Made by a program: the position numbers and the translations under genes
Source: an uncultured Candidatus Rokubacteria bacterium
GTDB taxonomy: Bacteria; Methylomirabilota; Methylomirabilia; Rokubacteriales; DASRDR01
DNA length: 64,000 nucleotides
Assembly (NCBI GenBank): GCA_963708025.1
Contig: CAVPSB010000013.1
Coordinates: 576,001 to 640,000 of the forward strand
Direction of reading: 5' to 3'
In this document: in pieces, positions 19,970 to 29,053 of the stretch
Numbering within the stretch: the stretch's first letter is position 1
How the letters are laid out: the number at the start of each line of letters is the position of its first letter
The notes under the pieces: model-generated
What the model was told of the DNA's origin: nothing
Databases searched by the model: none
The model's input: the letters and a program-made list of their open reading frames with translations, nothing else

Positions 19970-20338
19970 CTATCGATGCTCACCGAAGTACAGGGTGTGT
20001 CCCTGGTCGTCCTTGACGACGAACTCTCTCGTTCCCCAGGGGGTCGCGTGCACGTCCTGCACGAGGCGGACGCCGTTCCTCTTCAATGCGTCGGCGGCGG
20101 CCGCGGCATCGTCCGTCTCGAGATAGAGATGGAAGTGTCCGCCCCGGTCCACGAACTCGATGGAGGGGTCCTTCTCGTTGACGAGCTTCAGGTGAAAGAG
20201 CTGGCTGCCCGCCCGGATGCCCGCGTAGAAGTCCTCGTACTGGAACTCGAGCGTCAATCCCACCTTCGTGGTGTAGAAGCGAATCGACTCGGCCAGGTCC
20301 GTGGTCCGAAGCTGAGCAATCGCACTCGATATCCTCAT
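19970..20338 (-). CDS. VOC (glyoxalase/bleomycin resistance) family protein
   Basis: DLAESIRFY...G, TPWGTREFVVKDDQGH.L.F; GGAGG RBS before ATG 20338. Confidence 0.88.
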   Translation of the reverse strand: MRISSAIAQLRTTDLAESIRFYTTKVGLTLEFQYEDFYAGIRAGSQLFHLKLVNEKDPSIEFVDRGGHFHLYLETDDAAAAADALKRNGVRLVQDVHATPWGTREFVVKDDQGHTLYFGEHR

Positions 20339-20381
20339 CCTACCTCCGACTCGACGAGCCTCACGGAGTGGACGACGGGGC

Positions 20382-20836
20382 TCATGACACCAGCTTCTCC
20401 CACGTGAAGACGCCGACGACCGCTTTCCGTCGGCCCCTGGCTGCCGATTGGTGCTCATGATCAGCCGATGGCCATCGAGCCTCAGGTTCCGGATCTGAGC
20501 CGTGCCCGTCCAGACCTCGTTCCACGCGATCTCCACGTGATGCGTGGCCGCCTTGCCGTCGAACGTGAACGAGCCCGCGTAGGCGATCATCGTGTCGTAC
20601 AGCTCGGCCCGCTCCGGGTCGGTCAACCTCGCCAGGTCAGCCGGCTTCGCACGGTTCTCCTTGGCCATGATGAAGGACACCCGGCCGTCACGGCCGTAGC
20701 TCAGGAATCCGCGCGGCGCCTTGCCAAACGCCTCGACCGTCTCCCCCGTGTCCAGGAGCTGGCGCGACCAGCTGACCAGTCGCCAGGTGCCGTACAGCTG
20801 CTCGACCGTCAAGGCCGACGTCGCCGCGCCGCCCAT
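20382..20836 (-). CDS. Lipocalin-like domain protein (Lipocalin_5 type); frameshift near C-terminus
   Basis: LYGTWRLVS, FG..PRG.L.Y..DGR, AYAG.F, W.GT.Q.R; shifted frame gives VGVFTWEKLVS* ending at 20382. Confidence 0.8.
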
Positions 20837-20977
20837 GGGGTCCCTCCTTCGATTGACGACGGTCGGTTCCCCGCCAGACGACCGCGCGCGTGGTCAAGCA
20901 TCCGTGAACCACCGTCCTCGAAGTTGTGGGCCACGCCGTCCTCGGAACTGTGCGGGTTCGGGTGTACCATGAGCCTC

Positions 20978-21205
20978 ATGGCGAGGGCAGACTCTGTCGT
21001 CCACTGTGACCCCGAGATTCTAGGGGGCACGCCAGTGTTCCGCGGGACCCGGGTGCCCATGAAGAACCTCATCGACTACCTGGCTGCCGGGGACACCTTG
21101 GATCAGTTTCTCGACGATTTCCCCAGCGTGAGCCGTGAACAGGCGGTTGCCGCCCTCGAACTCGCCAGAGACCTGCTGACCGCCGGTGCGCATCCTCCTC
21201 GATGA
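20978..21205 (+). CDS. DUF433 family antitoxin (copy 2)
   Basis: DPEILGGTPVFRGTRVP..LIDYL..G.TLDQFL.DFPSVS; alternative ATG at 20969. Confidence 0.9.
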   Translation: MARADSVVHCDPEILGGTPVFRGTRVPMKNLIDYLAAGDTLDQFLDDFPSVSREQAVAALELARDLLTAGAHPPR

Positions 21206-21506
21206 GTCCTTGCCACGGCCGCTCGCTCGGCTCCTGCCTGAGCACGATGTCCGGACCGTGGCGGCGATGGGCTGGACAGGCATTCGAAACAGCGAACTGC
21301 TGAAGCTGGCAGCGAGTGGCTTCGATGTCTTCCTGACGGCGGATCAGAATCTCGAGCATCAGCAGAACCCTGACTCCCTCCCGGTTGCCGTGGTGGTTCT
21401 CATGGCGCCGACAAACCGGATTGAATCGCTACGACCCCTGATTCCCGCTCTGCTCAGAACTCTCGAAAGCCTGGTACCGAGGCGACTGGTTCACGTCGGG
21501 ACCTAG
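21186..21506 (+). CDS. DUF5615 family PIN-like toxin (copy 2)
   Basis: MRILLDESLP...FLTADQNL..QQN; overlaps DUF433. Confidence 0.88.
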   Translation: MRILLDESLPRPLARLLPEHDVRTVAAMGWTGIRNSELLKLAASGFDVFLTADQNLEHQQNPDSLPVAVVVLMAPTNRIESLRPLIPALLRTLESLVPRRLVHVGT

Positions 21507-22096
21507 CGTCGGCGTTGGGCAGCGGCTCGCCGTCCGCTCCGACGGCAGGCGGGGCTTGCTCTTAGCCCTTGGACCGCTTCGACAACGACCCGAGTGCCAG
21601 CCTTGGCCGGGGAATCCACGAGCTTTTGCGTTATACGGAGCTCGGCAAGATCACGCTTGCCGTCGTCTCTGATGGCGCCGAAGTAGTAGAGCAGGCGGCG
21701 ATCGCGCCGTCCTAGAGTCGAGGCCTTCAAAGCGTCAACCAGCGGCTTGACACACAGGTTGTCCTCGGCGTACTCCGAGGAGTCGAAGCGGATGACATGC
21801 ACCCGGGCCGGGAGATTGGGCAGCCATCTAATCTTGCCCGTTGCCCGTTGCAGCAGATCGACCCAGAGGCGAACAGACTGCCGCGAGCGGCAATCGACGA
21901 ACTCTTGGAGAGTCGGAACCGCAAGCGGCAACCAGACATCGAGGAGGCCACTACCGATCCACGCCTCCGGGATACTAGAGGTCGGGGTGTACGCCAGCGC
22001 GGCCCGCACGGCGAACAGATCCTCTTCGAGCGCGATGCGAGTAGGACGGAACCGCCTCGGACCGTTGTAGTACAACTCGTCTAGGAGATCGCCCAT
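21503..22096 (-). CDS. Hypothetical protein with RusA-like (Holliday junction resolvase) motifs
   Basis: V.V.RF...EDNLCVKPLVDALK...GAIRDDG....L.I.Q......GT.V.V; codon usage less GC-biased than flanks. Confidence 0.55.
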   Translation of the reverse strand: MGDLLDELYYNGPRRFRPTRIALEEDLFAVRAALAYTPTSSIPEAWIGSGLLDVWLPLAVPTLQEFVDCRSRQSVRLWVDLLQRATGKIRWLPNLPARVHVIRFDSSEYAEDNLCVKPLVDALKASTLGRRDRRLLYYFGAIRDDGKRDLAELRITQKLVDSPAKAGTRVVVEAVQGLRASPACRRSGRRAAAQRRR

Positions 22097-22198
22097 CGCT
22101 GGCGGTTCCTCATGAGAGTCCAGGGCCTGGCATCACTCGCTAACCGCGCACCGGGCCGTCGGGTCGATCACCGGGCGCGACCAAACGGCCGGGAGCCA

Positions 22199-22960
22199 TC
22201 AGCGGCGCTCGGCCGGTCCCGTGAGGTGGGCGATCACCTCGCGCTGGTAGTCGAGGAACTCGACCCGCAGGGGGTCGCGCAGCCGCGGCAGGCGGATCGG
22301 GAGCTCCGTCTTCACCGTCCCCGGGTGGGGGCTGACGATGACGATCCGGTCGGCCAGGTAGACCGCCTCCGCCACGTTGTGGGTGACGTAGACCACGGTC
22401 TTCTTCGTCTCCTGCCACACCTCCACCAGCAGCCGCTGCATCTCCTCCCGGGTCATCGCGTCGAGCGCCGCGAACGGCTCGTCCATCAGCAGGACCGACG
22501 GGTTGTAGGCCAGCGCCCGTGCGATCGCCACCCGCTGCTGCATCCCGCCCGAGAGCTGGTGGGGATAGGCGTCGGCGAACGCCTCGAGCTTCACCAGCCC
22601 CAGGTAGCGCCGGGCCGTTTCCCGCCGCTCGACGGCGGGGACGCTCCGCATCTCGAGGCCGAACTCCACGTTCCGCTGCGCCGTCCGCCAGGGAAAGAGC
22701 TGGGCGAAATCCTGGAAGACGATCCCCCGGTCGCCCCCCTTTCCGGCCACCGCCTGGCCGCCCAGCAGGATCTCCCCCCGGGTGGGGCTGAGGAAGCCGG
22801 CCAGGAGGTTCAGGAGGGTCGTCTTGCCGCAGCCCGACTGGCCGAGCACGCAGACGAACTCCGAGGCGCCCACGCTGAAGCTCACGTCCTGGAGCGCCGT
22901 GACGCGCCGGTCGCCGGCGTCGTACTCGTGGGTGACGTGGCGGACGTCGATCCGGCTCAT
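22199..22960 (-). CDS. NitT/TauT-family ABC transporter ATP-binding protein
   Basis: GQSGCGKTT, LFPWRT..NVEFGL, LSGGMQQRVAIARAL, LLMDEPFAALD, VTHNVAEAVYLADR. Confidence 0.92.
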   Translation of the reverse strand: MSRIDVRHVTHEYDAGDRRVTALQDVSFSVGASEFVCVLGQSGCGKTTLLNLLAGFLSPTRGEILLGGQAVAGKGGDRGIVFQDFAQLFPWRTAQRNVEFGLEMRSVPAVERRETARRYLGLVKLEAFADAYPHQLSGGMQQRVAIARALAYNPSVLLMDEPFAALDAMTREEMQRLLVEVWQETKKTVVYVTHNVAEAVYLADRIVIVSPHPGTVKTELPIRLPRLRDPLRVEFLDYQREVIAHLTGPAERR

Positions 22961-23652
22961 CGCGGCTTGACGCAGCGGCCCATGAGGAACCATGGAATGC
23001 GGCAGCCCTGCCGCGCGCCGCTTCGCGGGTCGGCCGGCTCGCGGAGAGCCTCGACGAGGAGGCCGGCGGCCTCGAATGCGCGCGCGTACGCCTCCAGCGG
23101 GTAGCACCAGCCGCGAAATGTGATCGCGAGGCCGGCCCGGGCGAACGTCCCCTCGTAGGGCCGGCGGGCACCGAGGTAGGAGCCGGGCACGACGAAGGCA
23201 GCGTCGGCCTCACGGCTCGCGAACCGTCCGGCGTCCATGAACGGGTGCGTCACGCAGAAGCCGAGATGCCCTCCCGCTTCCAGCACGCGCCCCGCCTCCC
23301 TCACCGATCCGGGCATGTCCTCCACGTCCATCAGCGAGTTGTAGGCCACGACCAGGTCGAACTCGCCGTCCCGGAACGGCAGTGCCGCCGCATCCGCTCG
23401 GACGTACCGGCCGCCGGCGTCGGCCGCCGCCGCGTGGCGGAGGAGCGTCGGCGAGCGGTCCAGGCCCACGACGCGGTGGCCACGCGCCGTCAGGTCGCGC
23501 GCGACCCGGCCCTCGCCGCAGCCGACCTCCAGCGTCCGCCGGCCGGGCGGCGGCAGCAGCGGGAAGAACGCGTCGCGATAGGACCAGTAGGCGTCGTGGC
23601 CAGGCGCGCGGGCCCACGCCAGCCAGTTCCCGGCCTGGTCCTCCCAGCTCAT
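22957..23652 (-). CDS. Class I SAM-dependent methyltransferase
   Basis: LEVGCGEG, GLDRS, ADAAALPF..GEFDLVV, RVL..GG. Confidence 0.88.
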   Translation of the reverse strand: MSWEDQAGNWLAWARAPGHDAYWSYRDAFFPLLPPPGRRTLEVGCGEGRVARDLTARGHRVVGLDRSPTLLRHAAAADAGGRYVRADAAALPFRDGEFDLVVAYNSLMDVEDMPGSVREAGRVLEAGGHLGFCVTHPFMDAGRFASREADAAFVVPGSYLGARRPYEGTFARAGLAITFRGWCYPLEAYARAFEAAGLLVEALREPADPRSGARQGCRIPWFLMGRCVKPR

Positions 23653-23877
23653 CGCCGCCCACATAGTAGACGATCGTCGGGGCCCTCGGTAGCTGCCGGG
23701 CGTGGCGCCCCGCGGTGGTCCGGAGCGCCGGGTCGGGTCGGCGGGCCGATGGACGCGCCGGGTCCGCTTGACTACAATTGGTCCGTCGCCCGGACGATCG
23801 GATCCGCGGCGGCACCCGAGCTGTCCCACCGCTGCCAGAGGCGACGCCGTCGGCGAGACGCCGTGGAGGGAACCAGG

Positions 23878-24987
23878 ATGAGCCGCATGCCCACGCAATT
23901 CACTCGGCGAGAGCTCCTGACGACGACCGCCAAGGGGATGGGCCTCCTGGCCCTGGCCCAGGTCGGCGGCGTCCAGATCGGCGTCGGCCGGGCCCACGCC
24001 GCCGAGAAGCTGACCCTCTTCGTGTTCTCGGGCCTCAACCTCCCGGTCACCGCCAAGGAGGTCGCCAAGGCCTACATGGACGCCAACCCCGGCGTGACCA
24101 TCGAGGTCCTGGAGGGGCAGAACTTCGAGGTCTACCCGAAGATGGCCGCCACCCGCAAGCTCACCCCGGACCAGCCCCTCGTCCATCTGGGCTACAGCAA
24201 CACCCAGTTCGCCCACCAGGGCGACATCGACGACATGTGGGAGACGATCGATCCCGCCAACGTCCCCAACATCAAGAACATCGTCCCCGCCTACCACCGG
24301 CCGGCGAACCGCGGCATCGGCTTCTCGATCGCCCCGGTCGGCCTCATGTACAACACCAAGCTGGTCAATCCGGCCCCGACCTCGTGGGCCGACATGTGGA
24401 GCCCGCGCTTCAAGGGCAAGCTCACCACCCTCCGCTACGCCTGGTACATGAACGGCCTGGTCATCGCCGCCCGCATGAACGGGGGGAGCGAGAAGAACAT
24501 CGACCCCGGGTTCAAGCTCTGGTCGGAGCACGGCGATCAGTTCGTGGCCTTCGCCAACAGCAACGTGGACTGCCGCGACCTGGTCGTCCGGGGCGACGCC
24601 TGGATGGTGCCGATGTTCGGCGGCAACGTCGAGCAGTGGAAGCGCGAGGGCGCCCCGGTCGACTTCGTCATCCCCAAGGAAGGGCTGATCGCCTTTCCGC
24701 TGTTCATGATGGTGGCCAAGGGTGTGACACCGGCGCAGAAGAAGATCGCCGAGAGCGTCATCAACATGATCCTCACCGACCGGTGGCTCGCCCGCTGGGC
24801 CGAGCTGACCTTCTACGTGCCGACCACGACCACCAGCGTCGTGTCGCCGGCCCTCCGCAGCCTCAAGATGTACGACAACGCGGAGATCGCCCGCGCCGTA
24901 CAGTTCGACTGGGCCACCATCACCGCGAACGAGAAGGGGTGGCGCGAGCGGTGGGACAAGGAGGTCGTGGCCCGCATGAAATCTTGA
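23878..24987 (+). CDS. Polyamine/PotD-like ABC substrate-binding protein, Tat signal
   Basis: TRRELL; GLMYNT...P.SWADMW, P.EG; first gene of a potABC-like operon. Confidence 0.85.
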   Translation: MSRMPTQFTRRELLTTTAKGMGLLALAQVGGVQIGVGRAHAAEKLTLFVFSGLNLPVTAKEVAKAYMDANPGVTIEVLEGQNFEVYPKMAATRKLTPDQPLVHLGYSNTQFAHQGDIDDMWETIDPANVPNIKNIVPAYHRPANRGIGFSIAPVGLMYNTKLVNPAPTSWADMWSPRFKGKLTTLRYAWYMNGLVIAARMNGGSEKNIDPGFKLWSEHGDQFVAFANSNVDCRDLVVRGDAWMVPMFGGNVEQWKREGAPVDFVIPKEGLIAFPLFMMVAKGVTPAQKKIAESVINMILTDRWLARWAELTFYVPTTTTSVVSPALRSLKMYDNAEIARAVQFDWATITANEKGWRERWDKEVVARMKS

Positions 24988-26123
24988 GCTCCGCCGACGG
25001 CGCGCCGGCCGGGTCGCCGGGCTCCGGCCCGCCGGGCCCAGCCGGCTCCGACGGCGCTGACGTCGTCCTGCGCGATCTGGTCAAGCTGTACGGCGACGTC
25101 CGCGCCGTGGACGGCGTCTCGCTGGAGATCCGTCGCGGGGAGTTCTTCTCGCTGCTCGGCCCCTCGGGCTGCGGGAAGACCACTACCCTCCGCATCATCG
25201 GCGGCTTCGAGTTCCCGACCCGCGGCGAGGTCTGGCTCCGGGGCCGGCTCGTCAACGACGTCCCGCCCTACCGGCGGGCGACGAACATGGTCTTCCAGCA
25301 GCTCGCCCTCTTCCCCCACCTCTCGGTCTTCGACAACGTGGGGTTCGGCCTCCGCCTCCGGCGCCTTCCCGCCAGCGAGGTGCGGCGCCGGGTGGAGGCG
25401 GCGCTCGCGCTCGTGGACCTCGGCGGCCTGCACCACCGCCAGATCTACCAGCTCTCGGGGGGTCAGAAGCAGCGGGTGGCGATCGCCCGCGCCCTGGTGA
25501 ACGAGCCGGCCGTCCTGCTCCTCGACGAGCCGCTGGGGGCGCTCGACCTCAAGCTCCGGCTCGCCATGCAGGCCGAGCTGAAGGCGCTCCAGCACCGGGT
25601 CGGGACGACGTTCGTCTACGTGACCCACGACCAGGGCGAGGCGCTGACGATGTCCGACCGCATCGGCGTCATGCGGGACGGCCGGCTCGAGCAGGTCGGC
25701 TCCAGCTACGAGATCTACGCGAAGCCGCGGACGCGGTTCGTCGCCACGTTCATCGGGGAGGCGAACCTCCTCGAGGGCCGCGTGGTCGAGCCGGGCCCGG
25801 ACGGGGCCGTCCGGGTCGAGGCCGGCCCGCTCTCCATCCTGGCCACGGCGGCGGACCGGGTCGCGCCGGGCTCGCCGGTGACGCTCTCGATCCGCCCGGA
25901 ACACATCAAGCTCGGCCCGCCCGCCGCCGGGCTGGCCAACGGCTTTCCCGGCCGGGTCCAGGACACCGTCTTCATGGGATCGATCGTCCGCTGCCGGGTC
26001 CGGCTGGCCGAGGGTGTCGTGGTGACCACCGAGTGTCACAACGACGCGGCCGGGGCGCTCCACCCGGACGCCGCGGTCCAGGTCGGCTGGGGCCGGGAGT
26101 ACGCCGTGGTCCTCGAGGGGTAG
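24984..26123 (+). CDS. potA: PotA-like ABC transporter ATP-binding protein with TOBE domain
   Basis: GPSGCGKTT, LSGGQKQRVAIARALVNEP, DEPLGALD.KLR, VTHDQ.EAL.MSD; TTG start overlapping upstream stop. Confidence 0.9.
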   Translation: MSSADGAPAGSPGSGPPGPAGSDGADVVLRDLVKLYGDVRAVDGVSLEIRRGEFFSLLGPSGCGKTTTLRIIGGFEFPTRGEVWLRGRLVNDVPPYRRATNMVFQQLALFPHLSVFDNVGFGLRLRRLPASEVRRRVEAALALVDLGGLHHRQIYQLSGGQKQRVAIARALVNEPAVLLLDEPLGALDLKLRLAMQAELKALQHRVGTTFVYVTHDQGEALTMSDRIGVMRDGRLEQVGSSYEIYAKPRTRFVATFIGEANLLEGRVVEPGPDGAVRVEAGPLSILATAADRVAPGSPVTLSIRPEHIKLGPPAAGLANGFPGRVQDTVFMGSIVRCRVRLAEGVVVTTECHNDAAGALHPDAAVQVGWGREYAVVLEG

Positions 26124-26126
26124 CGC

Positions 26127-27002
26127 GTGAGCCAGCCCGGGCCGAGACGTGTCCGCCTCGGCTCCCTCCCGCTCCTGGCGCCGGCCGTCCTCCTCACCCT
26201 GATCGTCTTCTGGGTGGCCATGGCCATCCTGCTCGTCATGAGCGTCTACCCGTTCGTCGCCGCCGGGACGCCCCGGCTCACCCTGGAGGCCTGGACGCAC
26301 TTCCTGGGAGACCGCTTCTACTGGTCCGTCGTCCGCACGACGCTCGAGCTCGGCCTCTGGGTGACGGCACTGGCCCTGCTGCTGGGCTACCCGGCCGCCT
26401 ACGCGATGTCGAAGATCCGCCGGCCCGGGCTCCTCGTCCTCGTCTACGTCGTCCTGTTCTCCCCGATCCTGGTGAGCGTGGTCGTCCGCACCTACGGCTG
26501 GCTCCTGCTCCTGTCGAAGACGGGCTTCGTCAACTACGTGCTCCTGCAGGCGGGGCTGGTGGCGGGGCCGGTCCCGCTCATCTTCAACACCACCGGCATC
26601 GTCGTCGCCATGGTCCACATCCTGCTGCCCTTCATGATCTTCCCGCTGCTCAGCGTGATCACCCAGCTCCCGGCCGACCTCCGGGAAGCGGCGGCGGACC
26701 TCGGCGCGAACCGCTGGCAGACCCTGGCCCGGGTGACCCTGCCCCTCACCCTGCCCGGGATCGTGAGCGGGTGTCAGATCGTCTTCACCCTGACGATCAG
26801 CGCCTTCGTCACGCCCTTCCTGATGGGGGGCGGCAAGGTGCAGATCCTGAGCGGCCTGATCTACCGGGACATGGAGGCGGTGAACCTCGCCTTCGCCTCG
26901 GTGGTGGCCTTCGTCCTGCTGGGGCTGGCGGTGGCCATCTTGCTGCTGAGCAACCTGCTGAGCCGGGGGGCGTACGCGCGGGCGGAGGTCCTCCGCACGT
27001 GA
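26127..27002 (+). CDS. potB: PotB-like ABC permease
   Basis: GYP.AY, VVRTYGW, EAAADLGA, LPLTLPG. Confidence 0.87.
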   Translation: MSQPGPRRVRLGSLPLLAPAVLLTLIVFWVAMAILLVMSVYPFVAAGTPRLTLEAWTHFLGDRFYWSVVRTTLELGLWVTALALLLGYPAAYAMSKIRRPGLLVLVYVVLFSPILVSVVVRTYGWLLLLSKTGFVNYVLLQAGLVAGPVPLIFNTTGIVVAMVHILLPFMIFPLLSVITQLPADLREAAADLGANRWQTLARVTLPLTLPGIVSGCQIVFTLTISAFVTPFLMGGGKVQILSGLIYRDMEAVNLAFASVVAFVLLGLAVAILLLSNLLSRGAYARAEVLRT

Positions 27003-27814
27003 GGCGGGACGCGGTCACCGTCGCGCTCCACGTCTACCTGGTCCTGGTGCTCCTCTACATGGCGGCGCCGATCCTCTTCGTCTTCGTGTACGCGTTCAGC
27101 AGCGTGTCCTACGCGGTCTTTCCGCCGCCCGGCTTCTCGACCCGCTGGTTCGTGAAGCTCTTCCAGCAGGCCGACCTCCTCCGGGCCGCGTTGAACTCGC
27201 TGGTCATCGCGGTGGTGGCGACGCTGGCCAGCCTCCTGGCCGGCACACTGGCGGCGCTGGCCCTCGTGCGCTACCGGTTTCCCGGCCGGGAGACGCTGCG
27301 GGCGGCGTTCCTCGCGCCCCTGATCGTGCCGCGCATCGCGTTCGGCGTGGGCATGCTGATCTACGCCGTCGTGCTCCGGCGCTTCGGGGGCCTGGACAGC
27401 CTGATCGCGGCACACCTGATGCTGACCTTGCCCTTCGCCATCTCGATCCTGTCCGCGAGCCTGGTGGGGGCCGAGCGGGTGCTGGAGGAGGCCGCCATGG
27501 ACCTCGGCGCCACCCCCGTGCAGGCGTTCATCCGGGTCACGATCCCCCAGATCCGCACGGGCTTGCTGGTGAGCGGGTTCTTCGCGTTCATCATCTCGTG
27601 GGACCAGGTGGAGACCTCGCTCTTCCTGGTCAAGACGGGGAACATGACCCTGCCGGTGGCGATGTTCTACTACCTCCAGCGCCAGCAGGACCCGGTGATC
27701 GCGGCGCTGTCGACGTTCCTCATCGTGATCGCGCTGGCGGTGGCCGCCGGCCTGCTCGCCAGCATGAAGCCGCAGGACCTCGCCCGGCTTCTCGGCAGCC
27801 GCGCGCGCCCGTAG
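26999..27814 (+). CDS. potC: PotC-like ABC permease
   Basis: FPP.GFS..W, EEAAMDLGA, F..SWD, TLPV; GTGA overlap with potB. Confidence 0.87.
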   Translation: MRRDAVTVALHVYLVLVLLYMAAPILFVFVYAFSSVSYAVFPPPGFSTRWFVKLFQQADLLRAALNSLVIAVVATLASLLAGTLAALALVRYRFPGRETLRAAFLAPLIVPRIAFGVGMLIYAVVLRRFGGLDSLIAAHLMLTLPFAISILSASLVGAERVLEEAAMDLGATPVQAFIRVTIPQIRTGLLVSGFFAFIISWDQVETSLFLVKTGNMTLPVAMFYYLQRQQDPVIAALSTFLIVIALAVAAGLLASMKPQDLARLLGSRARP

Positions 27815-27854
27815 CCCGGCGTCCGCCGTCCGTCCGGCGCCAGGCGCAGGGTTG

Positions 27855-28769
27855 TCAACACGATGTCCTGTTCTCGGCCGCCACCTCCCGGGGGGAGCGG
27901 CTCGCCGGATTCGAGCGTGCCGATCTCGTGCGGTAGTGCGGCACGCGGTCCTGCACGAGGCCGAAGGCGCACAGCGCCAGGCTCGACCACACGGCCACGC
28001 TGAAGTACAGCGACATCCAGCCGATTTCATCCTTCCACTGGGCGATGTCGTGCGTGACCGCCCAGCGCGTGGTCACGTCGTGCAGGCCGGCAAGAACTCC
28101 GAGCAGCTCCTTTCCGTTCGTGACGTCCGCCTGCCATCGACCGAAATACATCGGCACGTCGACCGTGAGCATGAAGAACACATAGCCGGCGATGCCGACG
28201 AGGGCCGATCCGATCGCAAGCTGGACGGCGCCGCCGAACTCCTTGAGCAGTCGCAGCAGCGCCGCCGCGATGAGCAGGAAGGTCACCGTCCAGAGCGAGT
28301 TTTCCAGCGCGTTGCCCAGATAGCTCGTCGTGATCACCGCATACCAGGACCAGCACTCCGCGGCCAGGATCAGCGGAACGATGGCGGTCGAGATGTTCCG
28401 GGCCGCATCCGAATCCGCCAGGCGCGCGAGCTCGCGCAGCACGATGGCCCACTGGACCGCGAAGCAGATCTCCGCAACCGTTGCGACCGATCGCCCGACG
28501 AGGACGCTCGACAGCCAGGTGTCGAACAGACAGATTCGCTGGACATCGGCCCGCGGCAGCACGGACCGAAAGGCGCAGACGAAGACGTAGGCGGCGCACA
28601 GCAGCAGCAGCCATTCGACGCGGGACGTGCCACGCCGGGGATCGGGCGTTCTCTTCCGGAAACAGCCACGGAGCCAGAGCCACAATGCGATGTTCGTGGC
28701 GCTGACGATGAGCAGGAAACTCCACCAGATCGCAATCGGATTCGACCAGGTCAGCCAGTCGAAGGTCAT
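27855..28769 (-). CDS. Multi-pass membrane protein of unknown function
   Basis: About 7 hydrophobic segments; motifs RSVLPRADVQRIC, GRSVATVAE, AE..SW, ENSLW, DVPMY, YFS.AVW; lower GC than flanks. Confidence 0.7.
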   Translation of the reverse strand: MTFDWLTWSNPIAIWWSFLLIVSATNIALWLWLRGCFRKRTPDPRRGTSRVEWLLLLCAAYVFVCAFRSVLPRADVQRICLFDTWLSSVLVGRSVATVAEICFAVQWAIVLRELARLADSDAARNISTAIVPLILAAECWSWYAVITTSYLGNALENSLWTVTFLLIAAALLRLLKEFGGAVQLAIGSALVGIAGYVFFMLTVDVPMYFGRWQADVTNGKELLGVLAGLHDVTTRWAVTHDIAQWKDEIGWMSLYFSVAVWSSLALCAFGLVQDRVPHYRTRSARSNPASRSPREVAAENRTSC

Positions 28770-29053
28770 GAGCTCCTCCACGCCCGTCACCGAATCGTCA
28801 CACGATCATAAGAATACTGACACATGAGGCGATGGGGGTGGAGGGCCTCAGCAGCGAAAATGCGTAGGGATGTGAAACAGGGCGCGGACCACCGAATGAC
28901 CACCGGCTGGCCACGGGTGCCATCCAAGACCGGTGTCGCTGCGTCGCCCCGAAGGCCGTCCGAACGACGACCGTAGGTCGGGACGGACGCGAGGCCGCAG
29001 GCCGAGCGCGTCCCGGCCGCGATGAACATCGCGACGCTCGTCGGCCTCGCCCG

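Noticed and set aside
19970..20836. Lipocalin-VOC fusion ORF
   Set aside because: The shifted frame gives the normal lipocalin end (FTWEKLVS*) at 20382, and the VOC gene has its own RBS and ATG.
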